This document shows positions 36,601 to 48,752 of a stretch of 64,000 nt of DNA, piece after piece (positions within the stretch are counted from its first letter, which is position 1; each line of letters starts with the position of its first letter). Origin of the DNA: Azolla caroliniana (Eukaryota; Plantae; Polypodiophyta); assembly GCA_043228905.1 (NCBI GenBank), contig JBHGNT010000004.1, positions 18,786,001 to 18,850,000 of the forward strand, in the 5' to 3' direction. The notes beneath the pieces were generated by a model. It searched no databases, was not told the DNA's origin, and was given only the letters and a program-made list of their open reading frames with translations. Made by a program: the position numbers and the translations under genes.

Positions 36601-39061
36601 GCATTGGGCCACAGACGTCCGAGTGGACCAAATCGAGAGGTCTCGATTCTCTTGGTGCTGATGTCGGGTGTGATGTGGCTGCTTGTTTGCCATACTGGCA
36701 ATGCTCGCAGAATTGATGGTCGGAGAAGGAGAGTTTGGGGATGTATCCGGCTCTAGATAGGTGCGTGATGCCGGCCTTGCTGAGGTGTCCTAATCTTCGG
36801 TGCCATAGTGATGACACAGGAATATCCACCAAAAACAGGTTACCCTCTCTGAGCGTAACATGTAACGGATACAGGGAGTGTATCTTGGGTCCTCTAGCAA
36901 GCAGGAGGTTCCCCCTGTGGAGTGTCCACCCTCCCGAAGAAAAAACCGGCACGAATGCCGTCTTCATCTAGTTGTCCGACTGAGATCAATGGCCGTGAGA
37001 GCTCGGGTACATGTCGGACATTGTGGAGTACAAGTGTAGAGCCACCTGCAAGGTTGAGCTCTACTGTGCCGATTCCGATGATGTCACAGTGTTGCGAGTT
37101 ACCGACCCGAACTGAGTCGGAGTGTCGGATCGTGTATTGCCGAAATTGGGATCGATGAGGAGTCACGTGAAACGACGCGCCCGAATCCAAGAGCCATGTG
37201 CTCGATTCTTCAGTCGTGAGCAGAACTTCTGAGCCAACTGGATTTTCGATTGATAGTATGTTCGGGTCGTCTGGTAGCACATCAGCTGAGAAGCTGACGT
37301 AATTGATCTCCTCATGCCGGCCACTCTTCTTGTTGTTCTTGTTCTTGAGTGCGCGGCAGTCGGCTTTGATGTGTCCGGGTTTCTTGCAGTAGTTGCAGAT
37401 TCGGTTATCCCGTGACTGGCTCCGTCTTCGCTGATTGTTCGGCGGCCGTGAGGAATCTCTTCCTCGTATGTTCGATCGGTCTGTCGAACCTTGTACTACG
37501 TAAGCGTCGTCTGTTGAGTCTTTGGCGAAAGACTTTCTCCGAGCTGCTTCGGTCAGGATTGCGCTCGTGACTTCGGAGTATTTGACAGCCGTGGTTGACG
37601 CGTTGCACACGGTTGTGACGAAAGTTTCCCATGATGAGGGAAGGCTGCTCATGAGTATCATTGCTCTGAGTTCATCCTCGATTGCCGTCCCCTGTGACGA
37701 GATTTGGGAGCTTATGCTTTCGTACTCATTGAGGTGTGCTTGAACCGAGTCGGATTCTTTCATCCGCAAGTTGTAGAGGCGCCGGATCAGAAACATCTTT
37801 GTTGCGGCGACCTTCTTTTCGTAAGTGTCCGACAGTGTTTTCCACAGTTCAAATGCTGTCGTACACGATTGCACCGTAAAGTATACCGATTCCGATAGGT
37901 GCATCCGAATCGTGGCGCGGACGATTCTGTCCAGCTTCTGCCACTCAATTGGTTTGTATCCTTCTGGAGGTTCTTCATTTTCGATGGGATCGATTTGCCC
38001 CTTGACTATGAGATAGTCTTGCATTTGTTCCTTCCAGAAGTTGAAGTTCGATCCATCGAACTTTCGTAGACTCATTTCTGACGAGCCGGATGTTGATGCC
38101 ATCAAATTCGGTTTTGGTTAACGAAGCTCGGTTCGGAGTTGACTACGGACCTTGTTGGAGTGCAGCCGGTTGGCTCACCCGATATTGTTCTAGTCGGGTT
38201 TGAACCCGAGTCGGTTCGGCTTCGGAACTTGCTCGAATTGACTTCGGTAGCTTGAGGGACAGAGCCGACTGGTCTTCCCGAATGTTGCCGAGTCGGAGTG
38301 AGCCCGGTTCGTTTCGGATATATATGCCGAATACCGATTATTAAAACCGATTATCTGAACCGATTTTGCTTCGGTTGACTGCAGCAACGAGAGAGACGGA
38401 TCCAACTGATCCTCCTAAATGTCGATCAGCCAGATGAAGCATGAATTTGGGGTTGCTGTCTTGAGACCGATCTGCACCGAGTGGTTACAACGAGCGGCGA
38501 GCAGCGTTCAGTGACCTTTTCGGATGCCGTTTAACCGAGTGGAGCACGATCGTGTCAATGTTGAACAAGGGGATTTCACCTCGAGCGGTTACGATCACTA
38601 GGAACGGAGTACAACCTGCTGGCTTACTCCAAGCAAGATAATCTAACGCGATGAGATGCAAACCTGGTTTTTTTCTTCTTCTCCTCTCTTCTTCGAATGA
38701 CGCAGGAAACCGAATGCAGAGACGACGGCCGACAGCGGATTGAGGGACCGACTGCTGTGCAGGCTCTGATACCAGATGTTGGAAGCAATGTCGTCTGTGC
38801 GGAAGATCTTGAAGCACTCGATTCCTGTTTATTCTCCTGCGTATGACAGAATGTAGGTCGTTGCACAGAGAGAGAGAGAGAGAGAGAGACACAAAAGAGT
38901 TTCTTATTTCATAAAGCAACCATACAACAACCAACCCCACAAAGAGGTTACAAGGTCACTATATATAGTGACTGACTTAGGGCAACTACCCTTTATGCTA
39001 ATTACACAAATGGCCAAAACGGGATAGTGTGAATACGTCCATTATACACATGTATTCGACA
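33610..39061 (-). mobile_element. Near-intact Tnt1-like Ty1/copia element, 285-bp LTRs, TSD CCAAC
   Basis: LTRs 33610-33894 and 38777-39061 (1 mismatch seen, in the GA run). CCAAC at 33605-33609 and 39062-39066. Met-i PBS at 38763-38774; PPT at 33895-33901. Confidence 0.97.
34088..38105 (-). CDS. Copia gag-pol polyprotein with a single frameshift in a T-run at ~36940-36945
   Basis: ORFs 38105-36894 (gag, CNYCKKPGHIKADC, WLLDSGASFH) and 36967-34088 (INT, RT YVDD, RH) overlap. No internal stops. Confidence 0.93.
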
Positions 39062-39639
39062 CCAACTTCACCTTGTTTTGCTCCTGTGCAGTCATTGGGC
39101 CTGGCTTCACACTGTTTCGCTCTTGTATAGTCAATTGTGTCATTGGTCCTGACATTACCTCTATGCATGTAGATACTTCTCTGGTCGATATCAGCCCATT
39201 GGTATCACATGCTGCATCTACCTGCAAAATCAGATCATCTATGCAACATGCTTGATCTACTTGCGTCACCAGATCATTTGTGTCAGTTGCTACATCTACT
39301 TTCAAGATGGGGCCCGCAGCAACATCAACAGTTTCCACATTGCCATCGGCCTTACGAGCAATAGATTCAAACCCTTTAGACTTTGCACATAAAAAAACAC
39401 CAACATATTCACACGCAAAAAGTAGCGAACTATCTCACTAAACAACATAATGAACATGAAATATTCAATAATATTATCTTAAAATCCATCATAGAGTTGC
39501 ATTAAATAATGTGGATCAAGCAACAACCAATCTGTGGTTTTAATTGTCCAAATAGACCATAGGCCATCTTCATAATTTTCTAGGAAAATAACTAATGGTC
39601 ATATCCCACTAATCAGTAATTTGTAGTAATTAGCTCTAA

Positions 39640-40132
39640 TTCAAGAGCCCCTTGATCGCGTAACTAGTCTTGTCCTCGATCGTGGCCCCTTCTTCAACCT
39701 TTTTCTAGCCGGTTGCCCATTTAGCCTTGCTTCTTTCACCCATTACGCATGTGTGTCCTCCTCCGACAACCTTTCCATCGCCTCAGGAGCGGCTTGCACG
39801 TCAACCGCGTCTTGCGCTAGCTTTTCAAGTACAATGGGATCTGGTGGGACATCATCAACAGTTGGGCTTGGTGGGGTTGAATCAAGGTTTTGGGATTCGA
39901 AGAAGTGTTGCAACAAGTGTTCAAAAACATTGTTGTTATGAACCTCAGATTTACATGTTGTTTCCAATATTTCATGGCTTTTTCCAATGTTGCCTAATTC
40001 AATACAATCTTCCAAAAGAATAGGGTGGAGCTGATCTGAAGGAGATGTCATAGCATGACTCTTACTTTCAGCCACGTTGCTAGCTATCTCTTCATCGGTT
40101 GCCGCGTCATCGGCACCGAACACCTCATGCAA
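39640..40132 (-). pseudogene. Acidic low-complexity ORF, possibly an upstream exon of the NIF-like gene
   Basis: ORF 40132-39743 continues past a TAA into a basic NLS-like stretch (PARKRLKK). Same strand and similar composition to 39338-39062. The link is not proven. Confidence 0.35.
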
Positions 40133-40164
40133 CCTCCTTAATCCACGAGATTCTACAACAACAT

Positions 40165-41430
40165 GTTAGCTAATTAGCAGCTTCTCTTGTGTTTTTCTAT
40201 GACCTTAGTTGAATACTAAACATGATAGCTAATTAGCTACATGGTAGGTAATTAGCGGCCACTCTTGATATCGCTCGATACTGCTACATCCTAGCTTATT
40301 AGCTATTCTTCCTAACTATGGGAGTAGTTAATTAGCTACCACTCTTGATACTGCTTAGCTAATTAGCTGCTAGACTATAGATTGGCAGTAACTAATTAGC
40401 TACATCTTAGCTAATTAGCTATTCTACTTTAGTTGGTAGTAGCTAAATAACTATTCTTCTTAACGATGGCAATAGCTAATTAGCTATCACTCTTGATATT
40501 GCTTAGCTAATTAACTACATCTTAGCTAATTAGCTGCTAGACTATAGGTTGGTAGTAGCTAATTAGCTACATCAAGTTAGCTAATTAGTTATTCTACTTT
40601 AGCATGGCAGTAGCTAATTAGCTACATCTTAGCTAATTAGCTATTCTACTTTAGTATGGTAGTGGCTAATTAGTTGCATCTTAGCTAAATAGTTATTCTT
40701 CTTAACTATGGCAGTAGCTAATTAGTTTTCACTCTTGATACTACTTAGCTACATAGCTACATCTTAGCTAAATAACTATTCTTCTTAACTATGGCATTAA
40801 CTAATTAGCTATCACTCTTGATACTGCTTAGCTAATTAGCTACTAGACTATAGGTTGGTAGTGGATAATTAGCTACACCATAACTAATTAGCTATTCTAC
40901 TTAAATATGGTAGTAGGTAATTAGCTACATTGTAGCTAATTAGCTACTACGCAATAGGCTAGCAGCAACTAATTAGCTATTTTACTTAAATATGGTAGTA
41001 GCTAATTAGCTACTACACTATAGGCTAGCAGCAGCTAATTAGAGACATCATAGCTAATTAGCTATTCTACTTAAATATGGTAGTAGCCAATTAGCTACAT
41101 TGTAGTTAATTAGCTACTACACTATAGTCTAGCAGTAGCTAATTAGCTATTCTACTTAAGTATGGTAGTAGCTAATTAGCTACCACTTAGCTAATTAGCT
41201 ACATCTTCGCTAATTAGCTATTCTTCTTAACTATTGCAATAGCTAATTAGCCACCACTTAGCTAATTAGCTACTACAATATAGGCTAGCAACACCTAATT
41301 AGCTATTCTACATAACTATGGTAGTAGCTAATTAGCTACTCTACTATAGGCTGGCAGTAGCTAAATAGCTACCACTTAGCTAATTAGCTATTGCACTATA
41401 GGCTTGCAATAGCTAATTAGCTATTCTACT
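40165..41430. repeat. ~1.27-kb array built on the 12-bp palindrome AGCTAATTAGCT
   Basis: Dozens of copies separated by short recurring spacers (ACATCTT, ATTCTACTT...TGGTAGT, ACTATAGGCT). Confidence 0.95.
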
Positions 41431-44400
41431 TGTTGAGAATCAAGCTCAACATAGCACAACGTGTGAACACACCTTTTGAGAATCTATGATTACTCAAAGG
41501 TCAAGAGTCACACCACTACTCTCTACACATTAACTATGTGTCATAGAATCATATTCTATGACACATAACTAATGAGTTACATATTCCCCATGACTATGAG
41601 TCTTCACATTCCCCAAGAGAGAGAGTGGTTGTTGTAAGTTAATGAAGAGAGAGGGTGACTCTATATAAAGCACCCTCCTCATACTTCATACCAAGTCGGT
41701 TGTGACTCCTTGTAATGCTACATTTTCATTTATCATATTCTCCTTGTTAATATACATCTCCTTCTTCTTGAGTACTTCATTTTGTCTCTTATCCACCTTG
41801 TGTTTCTCTCCTCTCCTCTTTGCTCTCACACATACACATAACACACATCTCTTCCACTACACAAGAATCACCATTGATTCTTTACATGGTATCAGAGTGA
41901 TTTGGTAGCTCTATCTAGCCCACTCGCCTCTTTGTAATCGTGTGTTGTGCTCTATGCCGACATTCAAGAAGAACCGGCTCATCACTATTGTAGTACCATT
42001 ATATAGCTCGTGTTCGAGAGAGAAGGAAAAGAAGAAAGGAAGCTTAATTGACAATGAATACTCAAATGGGGAGCGCTCTCCCTAGCGAGAAGTTGGATCG
42101 CAACAACTTTGCATCTTAGGAGTACAAGATGCACCAATACCTTGTCGGCCAAGGCTATTGGAGTTACATCAAGGGAGCACAAGAAAACTGACCCGACCCG
42201 GAAGACGCCGACTATGCAACGTGGGAGCAAGTGGCAAGCCGAGTGCTGTATTGCTTGGCGACATGTGTTCACGACCACATGCTCGTGTACATTCGAGAAG
42301 CCGAGACGCCGAAGGAAGCGTGGGAGAATCTACGAAAGATTTTCGTCGCCAACACTACTGTGAGAAAGCTTCAACTCCACCAAGAGTTGAAGAACATCCA
42401 ACAAAGGGATATGTCAATCATAAGCTACACCTTGAATATCAAGGAGCTTTGTGACTCGCTTGGCTCGATAAGCGTTAATATGGACGATGATGAGATGGTG
42501 AAAATATGCCTCGGCGGCCTTGCACCACGATTTGGCGCGATGCGGACTGTTGTACTAGCACGGGAGAATCCACCCTCCTTCTTCGATCTTCAATCTATGT
42601 TGTTGGTCGAAGACAACCATGTTCAAACGAGGAGCAACGCCTCGGAAGGCCACATGCTCTACACGCATTCGGATAGAGGAAGAGGATGCGGTCGTGCAAG
42701 AAGAAGTTGATTCGGCCAAGGACGAGGCAGACGAGGCCCGACTTACGAAAATAACTCGCAATTTCGGCATCAAGACAGAAGCCATCGAGGAACCTTCGAA
42801 AGAAGGAGGAGCTTCCATTCCAATCCGAACCGACAAAGCTCGGTCAAATGTGGATATTGTGGAAAAATCGGTCACCACGAAGAAGAATGCCGTAAGAAGA
42901 TACGTGAGTCGACTTCCACTAGCCGACAACTCACCAATTATGCCATCAACTCCGACTATGACGATCGTGGCAGAATGTTGGTGATGAGACATAGAGCGAA
43001 TTTTATGTCGGCCTCTACTTCTACTAGTGCCTCCGGTCCGGAAGACGTTGTCACGTTACTACGCGCGTGCGTGGAGAAACGAGGCGGGACCACCGGGGTC
43101 TCGAACCGAAGAGCAGGTGATAGAAGGGGTAAGAGAAAGAGAGAGACGCCCGGTTACGTATGAGCAAAGAAACACAAGGGCACAGCCCGTCAACGCAGAA
43201 GACGCGAATGGACACAGAGACAGAGAGACACAAATGTTTGTATATTAACGATTGACAAATAAACAACAGAGCACGCGAGCGGTTACACCGAACAGGCCGG
43301 CGAACAGATGCCGATGCCTGTTCGTCTGCGCATGAAAGGGGATAGGATGGAGGTACTGCCAGAAGCACACGGGTGTTCCTCGAAGCAGCGCGAGCCTCCC
43401 GAAAACCTGCAAAGAAGAGAAATAGAGAACAAACAGAGGAGAAGCGTTCGGTTACGGCCCGACAGCACTTCGTCCTCCTCAATGCGCAATATCCTTCTCC
43501 CCGCGTCTCCCTCTCCTTTATAGCTTCAAGAAGGGAGACGTTTCCCTCATTAACTTCCTACCTACCGAATCTAACTACCTAGGATATACCTTTGTACCTA
43601 ATCCTCTATTATATACATTAAAGGGCGTGCACGCGTGAAGAGCCGGTTCGTGCGAGCTATGCACCGATTGCGCTAAGGGACGGTTTTCTTCACGACATCC
43701 ACTCCCACCTAACCGTGCATCCACCGGTATGCGCCAAAATTGGGTTCTGGTTGGAGAAAACCGGTCCGGGTTCCGGTTCCTCGTCCATCGGTTCGTCCTC
43801 CGTTTCGGACTGTTCGTCGTCGTTGTCTGGGCCTCTTACATCCGGTTCGCCATCGTGGCGCTTCTTGAACGCCTTGATCCACTTCCCTGCTACCGGTATC
43901 ACCATCCTCGTACCGTCGAGTTCCGCCAGGTGATACGTCCCGTTGTCGTTGGCGCTCGTTACCACGTAAGGCCCGAACCACCGCTTTGCAAACTTCCGTG
44001 TTGCTCGGTGCTGGTTGTCGAGGCTGCTGTCGTAGACTAGCACCCAGTCGCCTTCCTCGATTTTCTTTGGTCGGAGCCGGTGCGTTCGGTCGAACCGGGC
44101 TTTGTTCCTCATCCTCACCATCCGAAGTCTCTCCGCCGCTTGTTCCACGTCCCCTGGCCTCCGCTCGAGCTGCCGTATACGCGCCGCTAGCAGTTCTTCC
44201 CGGCTCATCTCGTCTCTCTAGTCCACTGTCGCCCAAGAGGAGATCGTCCGTTCCATCGGCATGATCGGCTTCTGTCCGAACATGAGCTCGGACGTCATGA
44301 ACCCGGTTACCGAACTGTGCGTTGTCCGGTCCGCCCACAAGGCATAAGGTAACAGTCGTGGCCAGTTCCCGACCTGGCCTCCGCATGCCCGGACTAGCGC

Positions 44401-47400
44401 TTTGACGATCGGTCCGTGTCCGCGCTCCACTTTCCTGTTCGCCTCCGGATTGTACGTTGTGGTGAGCAAGAGCTTGACCCCTAACCGGTCGAACAACTCC
44501 TCGGCCTCTTCGGCGTCCAACTCCCCGCGGTCAGCTACGATCTTCCCAACGCACCCGTACCGGCATATCATGTCCTCGATCAGGAACCGACACACGGCCG
44601 CGGTCGTTTTGTTCTGCAGGGCTCGGCCTTCCACCTGGTTCGTCAAGTCCTCCCGGGCTAGCACCAGATATCGCATCTGCCCTACGCCCATCGGCATCGT
44701 CACCAAATCTACCATCCATTTGAAGTGGATGGCCGGAGGGTATGTAGGGTGAAGCTCGTCCCGATGTTGGACTACGGAGTGTATCTGACAGCTCTCACAA
44801 GTTGTCACGAACCGATGCACGTCTCGGTATAGTCCCGGCCACCAATACTTCCCCTTTAGTTTCTCGAACGTGGCCCACGTCCCACAGTGTCCACCCCAGG
44901 GGCTGTCGTGGTAGGCCTTCAACAACTCCTCCTGTTCCTCCTCCATCGCCACTACTCGGAGCGGGATGTCGTTTCTCTTCTTCGGGTGCTTCCACAGGTA
45001 TCCGTCCCGGAGAAAGAATCGGTATGCTTTCTTCCGGATCCGGTTGGCCTCATTCTTTGTCCATAACGCGTCCGGCGTCATCGTCCTTAAGAATCCCCCA
45101 ATCTGCAGCCACTCCCCGTCGTACTTGCTCTCGTTAAAATCGTTAAGCGCCGGAGTGCTCCCTCCCTCGGTTGTTACGTAGGTCGCCTCGAAGAAGTCTA
45201 CGCCAACTTCCTCGTCTTCCGAAACCATGCCGCCCTCGTCGTCGAATCGCGCCCTCGAAAGCATGTCGGCTATGGCATTGTCTTTCCCGGAAATGTGTCG
45301 TATTTCCGGATCCAGGGACTTGATGTACGCTATCCACCTGAGCATTGCCAGGTCCGGGGTTGCGCATCCGGAAACCATGCCGAGAATCGGCAGGCAATCC
45401 ATCTCGATAATTACCTCTGTCCCGATCAGATAGTCTTTATGGGCCTTCACCGCCGAAACGATACCCCAGAGTTCGCGTATAACCTGGGTGTATCCTCGCT
45501 GTCGCTCGCTGAGGACCTTCGCGCCGAACCGGATTGGGAACCGAATGCCGTCCCCATCTTCTTGGTTGACGACCCATCCGATCCCGGTCGGACTCGTATC
45601 TACCGTTATGTAGATGGGAGTGCCTTTCTCGTAGACAGCCTTCCGGAGTGCCGGAGTTGCAGCAAGAGCCTCCTTCATCTTTCGGACCGACTCCGCATGC
45701 TCGTCTCGCCACTCGAATTTTTGCCCCTGTTTTAGCAACCCGTATAGCGGCTCGGCAACGTGGGCGTAATGCGGGATCCATATGTGGTAGAACGCGCATG
45801 CTCCCAAGAACCTCCGTACCTCCGTGACCGAGTTACAGTCGGGCTTCATTGTGGAGATGGCTTCCACCTTAGCCGGAGACGGTTTCCAGCCATACGGTCC
45901 GCATAGATGTCCGACGACCATGATCTCTGATTGCCCGAAGGCCGATTTCTCACCGGAGAAGGTGAGCCTCGCGTCCTCTAGCCTCTGCAGCACCCTCTCG
46001 CAGTCGTCAATGTGTGTCGCCACGAATCTCCGGCATCCGTCTGGTCCGATCGTTTCGTCCTTTTCCTCCACCGGACATCCCTTGATCGAGATGTCGTCCA
46101 AGAATGGCATGGTGATGTCCGGGATACAATCCCTCAGCACGTTGTTCATCGCATTCACCATGTGGGCCACCGAGTTCGTCCCTCCTTGTGGCAGGGTACA
46201 CATCCGCACTAGGCTGAGAGGAGTCCGCATCGTCATAATGTCTCTGCTCTCTACGGCTAGTTGGAACTGATCGTACCCCGAGTACAGATCACCGACCAAG
46301 TAGATCGACCTTCCGGCAAAGGCCTCCGCGAACTCTTCTATCGTTGGTCCGATTCCTGCGTTTCGAATGGTCACTCTGTTGACCGGTTGCAGGTCTTGAA
46401 TGAAGCGCAACGTCCCGTTCTTCTTCGGTACGGTAAACCACCGGTTTGAGTACGGGGCACTCGACGGTTCGAGGATGCCCATATCGATTTTCTGCCTGAA
46501 CAGCTCCATCAGCTCCGGGATGTGAGCTCTCGGTACCGGAATTGGTTTGAGATTCCACGGCACATGCGGTACTGTGAATATCACCATTGCTTCACGATTG
46601 TCGAGTCTACGCACCCGATCTCTCCCGGTGAGAATGCGAAGGCTTTCCCGTGCCTTCCGAGCATTCTCCGAAACCGGTCTTCTTCCGCCGGCAGTAGGAA
46701 CCCGCCCCCACCGATTTTGAGCTCCCGTAGCGTTCTGTCGGTGAAGGCGTGTAGCCTCCCGAAAACCTATAGAGAAGAGCAATAGAGAACAAACAGAGGA
46801 GAAGCGTTCGGTTACGGCCCGACGGCACTTCGTCCTCCTCAATGCGCGATATCCTTCTCCCTGCGTCTCCCTCTCCTTTATAGCTTCAAGAAGGGAGCCG
46901 TTTCCCTCATTAACTTCCTACCTACCGAATCTAACTACCTAGGATATACCTTTGTACCTAATCCTCTATTATATACATTAAAGGGCGCGCACGCGTGAAG
47001 AGTCGGTTCGCGCGCGCTATGCACCGATTGCGCTAAGGGACGGTTTTCTTCACGACAACGTATGGTTCGTTGATTCCGGTGCCTCGAACCATATGACGTC
47101 GCATCAAGAATGGTTCCGAGAACTTCTTGAGCCGGACTGACCTGGCTATGTCGAAACCGGAGACGACACTACGCACCCGATTCGGCACATCGGCAATGTT
47201 CAGTTCGGAGAAGAAGGTAAGCAAACTTATATTAAAAATGTCTTGCATGTACCAACTATCACGAAGAATTTGGTCTCCGTCGGCCAAATTGTAGAGCAAG
47301 GAATGCAAGTACGATTTAATCAAGGCGGTTGCTTCATTGAAAAAGAGGGCCGAATAATCGCTCGCGGATGAAGAGAGGGCCAAATGTTCATTCTCGACTC

Positions 47401-48752
47401 ACACGAGATGAAATCGGCCATGTTCGCAAAGGGCATGAAAGCCGATTCCGACATAGAGTTATGGCACACGTGGATTGGCCATATCAACCTCCAAAAGCTC
47501 AAGGCAATGCAATCGAAAGGAGTCGTCATCGGGCTCCCGACATTCACGGAGAAAGAGATTGAAGGCGTGTGTGCCGCTTGCCCATTCGGCAAGCAACATC
47601 GGCACCCATTTCCCAAGGAGCGGAACGTGAGCAAAGGCATACTCGACGTAATTCATTCCGATGTATGGGGTTCGGCTCAGACGGCGACATTCAGCGGATG
47701 CCGATACTACGTGACCTTCATCGACGACTTCTCTAGGCACACTTGGATCTACCCAATGCGGCAAAAGAGCGAAGTGTTCGGACACTTCCAAAAATTCAAG
47801 AATGAAGTCCAGAAAGCCACACGACAACATGTACGATGTCTTCGGTTTGATGGAGGCAAGGAGTACTTCTTCGACGAATTTTTGGCGTTTCTACGGAAAG
47901 AAGGAATACGACGAGAATTTTCGTGTCGACATACACCACAACAAAACGGAGTAGTTGAACGCAAGAATCGGCACATCCTCGAAGTGGCACGGGCTATGCT
48001 TAACGAAAAGCACATGCCGAAATCGTATTGGGCGGAAGCAGCTAACATGGCCGTATACCTCATGAATCGGTGTACGACATCCGGCGTGCATGAACTCACG
48101 CCGCACAAGAAGTTTTTCGGAAAGAAGCCGAACCTATCACATGTTCGGATATATGGCTCCATTGTGTACGTGCACATCCCCGATGAGAAGCAACAAAAGC
48201 TCGACCCAAAGTCAGAGAAATGTATCCTCATCGAATACTCACTGGAGCAAAAGGGGTACAAGTGTTATAACCCCTCAACTCAAAAAGTTCGCATAAGTCG
48301 AGATGTCATTTTTGACGAGTCCGCATCCTGGTACGCACCAGAGACAACTTCGACTCTGATTCCGCTCGACCCAGAATCCGTCGAACAAGAGATAGAGGAT
48401 GAAGATCGCTTTACACGCATGTTCGAAGGAAGTCCGATCACGACCCGACTGAGCGGACAACAAGAGCCTCCGAACAATCAAAGCACATCTCGACCGAGTC
48501 CAAAGCTAGACAAAGGGAAGGCTAAAATGCCGGAGTATGAAGACGATCATTTCGATCGACGATAACGAATCAACTCACTCCCTCAATAGTGAGTTCGAAG
48601 GTCTTGAGATCCGGACAAAGGGAGCGGAGAAAGCCGTAGTATCTGCAAACAAGAAGCTCCGTCGATCCACCCGTGAAAAGAACCCTGTAAGCCGATTCGG
48701 CTACAATGATTATATGGCGTACCATTATGCTTTTATGATGAAGGTGGCAACG
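41431..48752 (+). mobile_element. Ty1/copia element, 3'-truncated (no RT/RH/3' LTR), interrupted by a gypsy
   Basis: LTR 41431-41886 (TGTTGAGAATC...GATTCTTTACA); PBS TGGTATCAGAG at 41887; gag ~42054-43048; PR EDVWFVDSGASNHM split across the insertion; integrase ORF 47384-48565. Confidence 0.92.
43049..47057 (-). mobile_element. Ty3/gypsy element with fungal-like RT; gag/PR/PBS deleted; 4-bp TSD ACGT
   Basis: Full LTR 43049-43697; partial LTR ~46753-47057. ACGT at 43045-43048 and 47058-47061. PPT AGGTGGGAGTGGA. pol at 46590-43690: VIFTVPHVPW, DLYSGYDQF, LPQGGTNSV, FLDD, REDLT..VEGRAL, GPY. Confidence 0.93.

Larger units (their letters stand above)
32914..39380 (-). pseudogene. FCP1/NIF (HAD-fold) phosphatase-like gene, catalytic DxDxT lost, split by a copia (pieces 39380-39062 and 33609-32914)
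   Basis: Removing the element and one TSD gives in-frame QNKVKL-DLKTQS. Then RRALILVLEKVF, RRGADQFLEWVMQYFDLFIWS, KRLSDFW, a frameshift at ~33185, and PEYNAENTLIVD...YYN. Confidence 0.7.

Noticed and set aside
40165-41430. CRISPR-like repeat-spacer array
   Set aside because: The repeat is only 12 bp, the spacers recur rather than being unique, there are no cas genes, and the context is eukaryotic.
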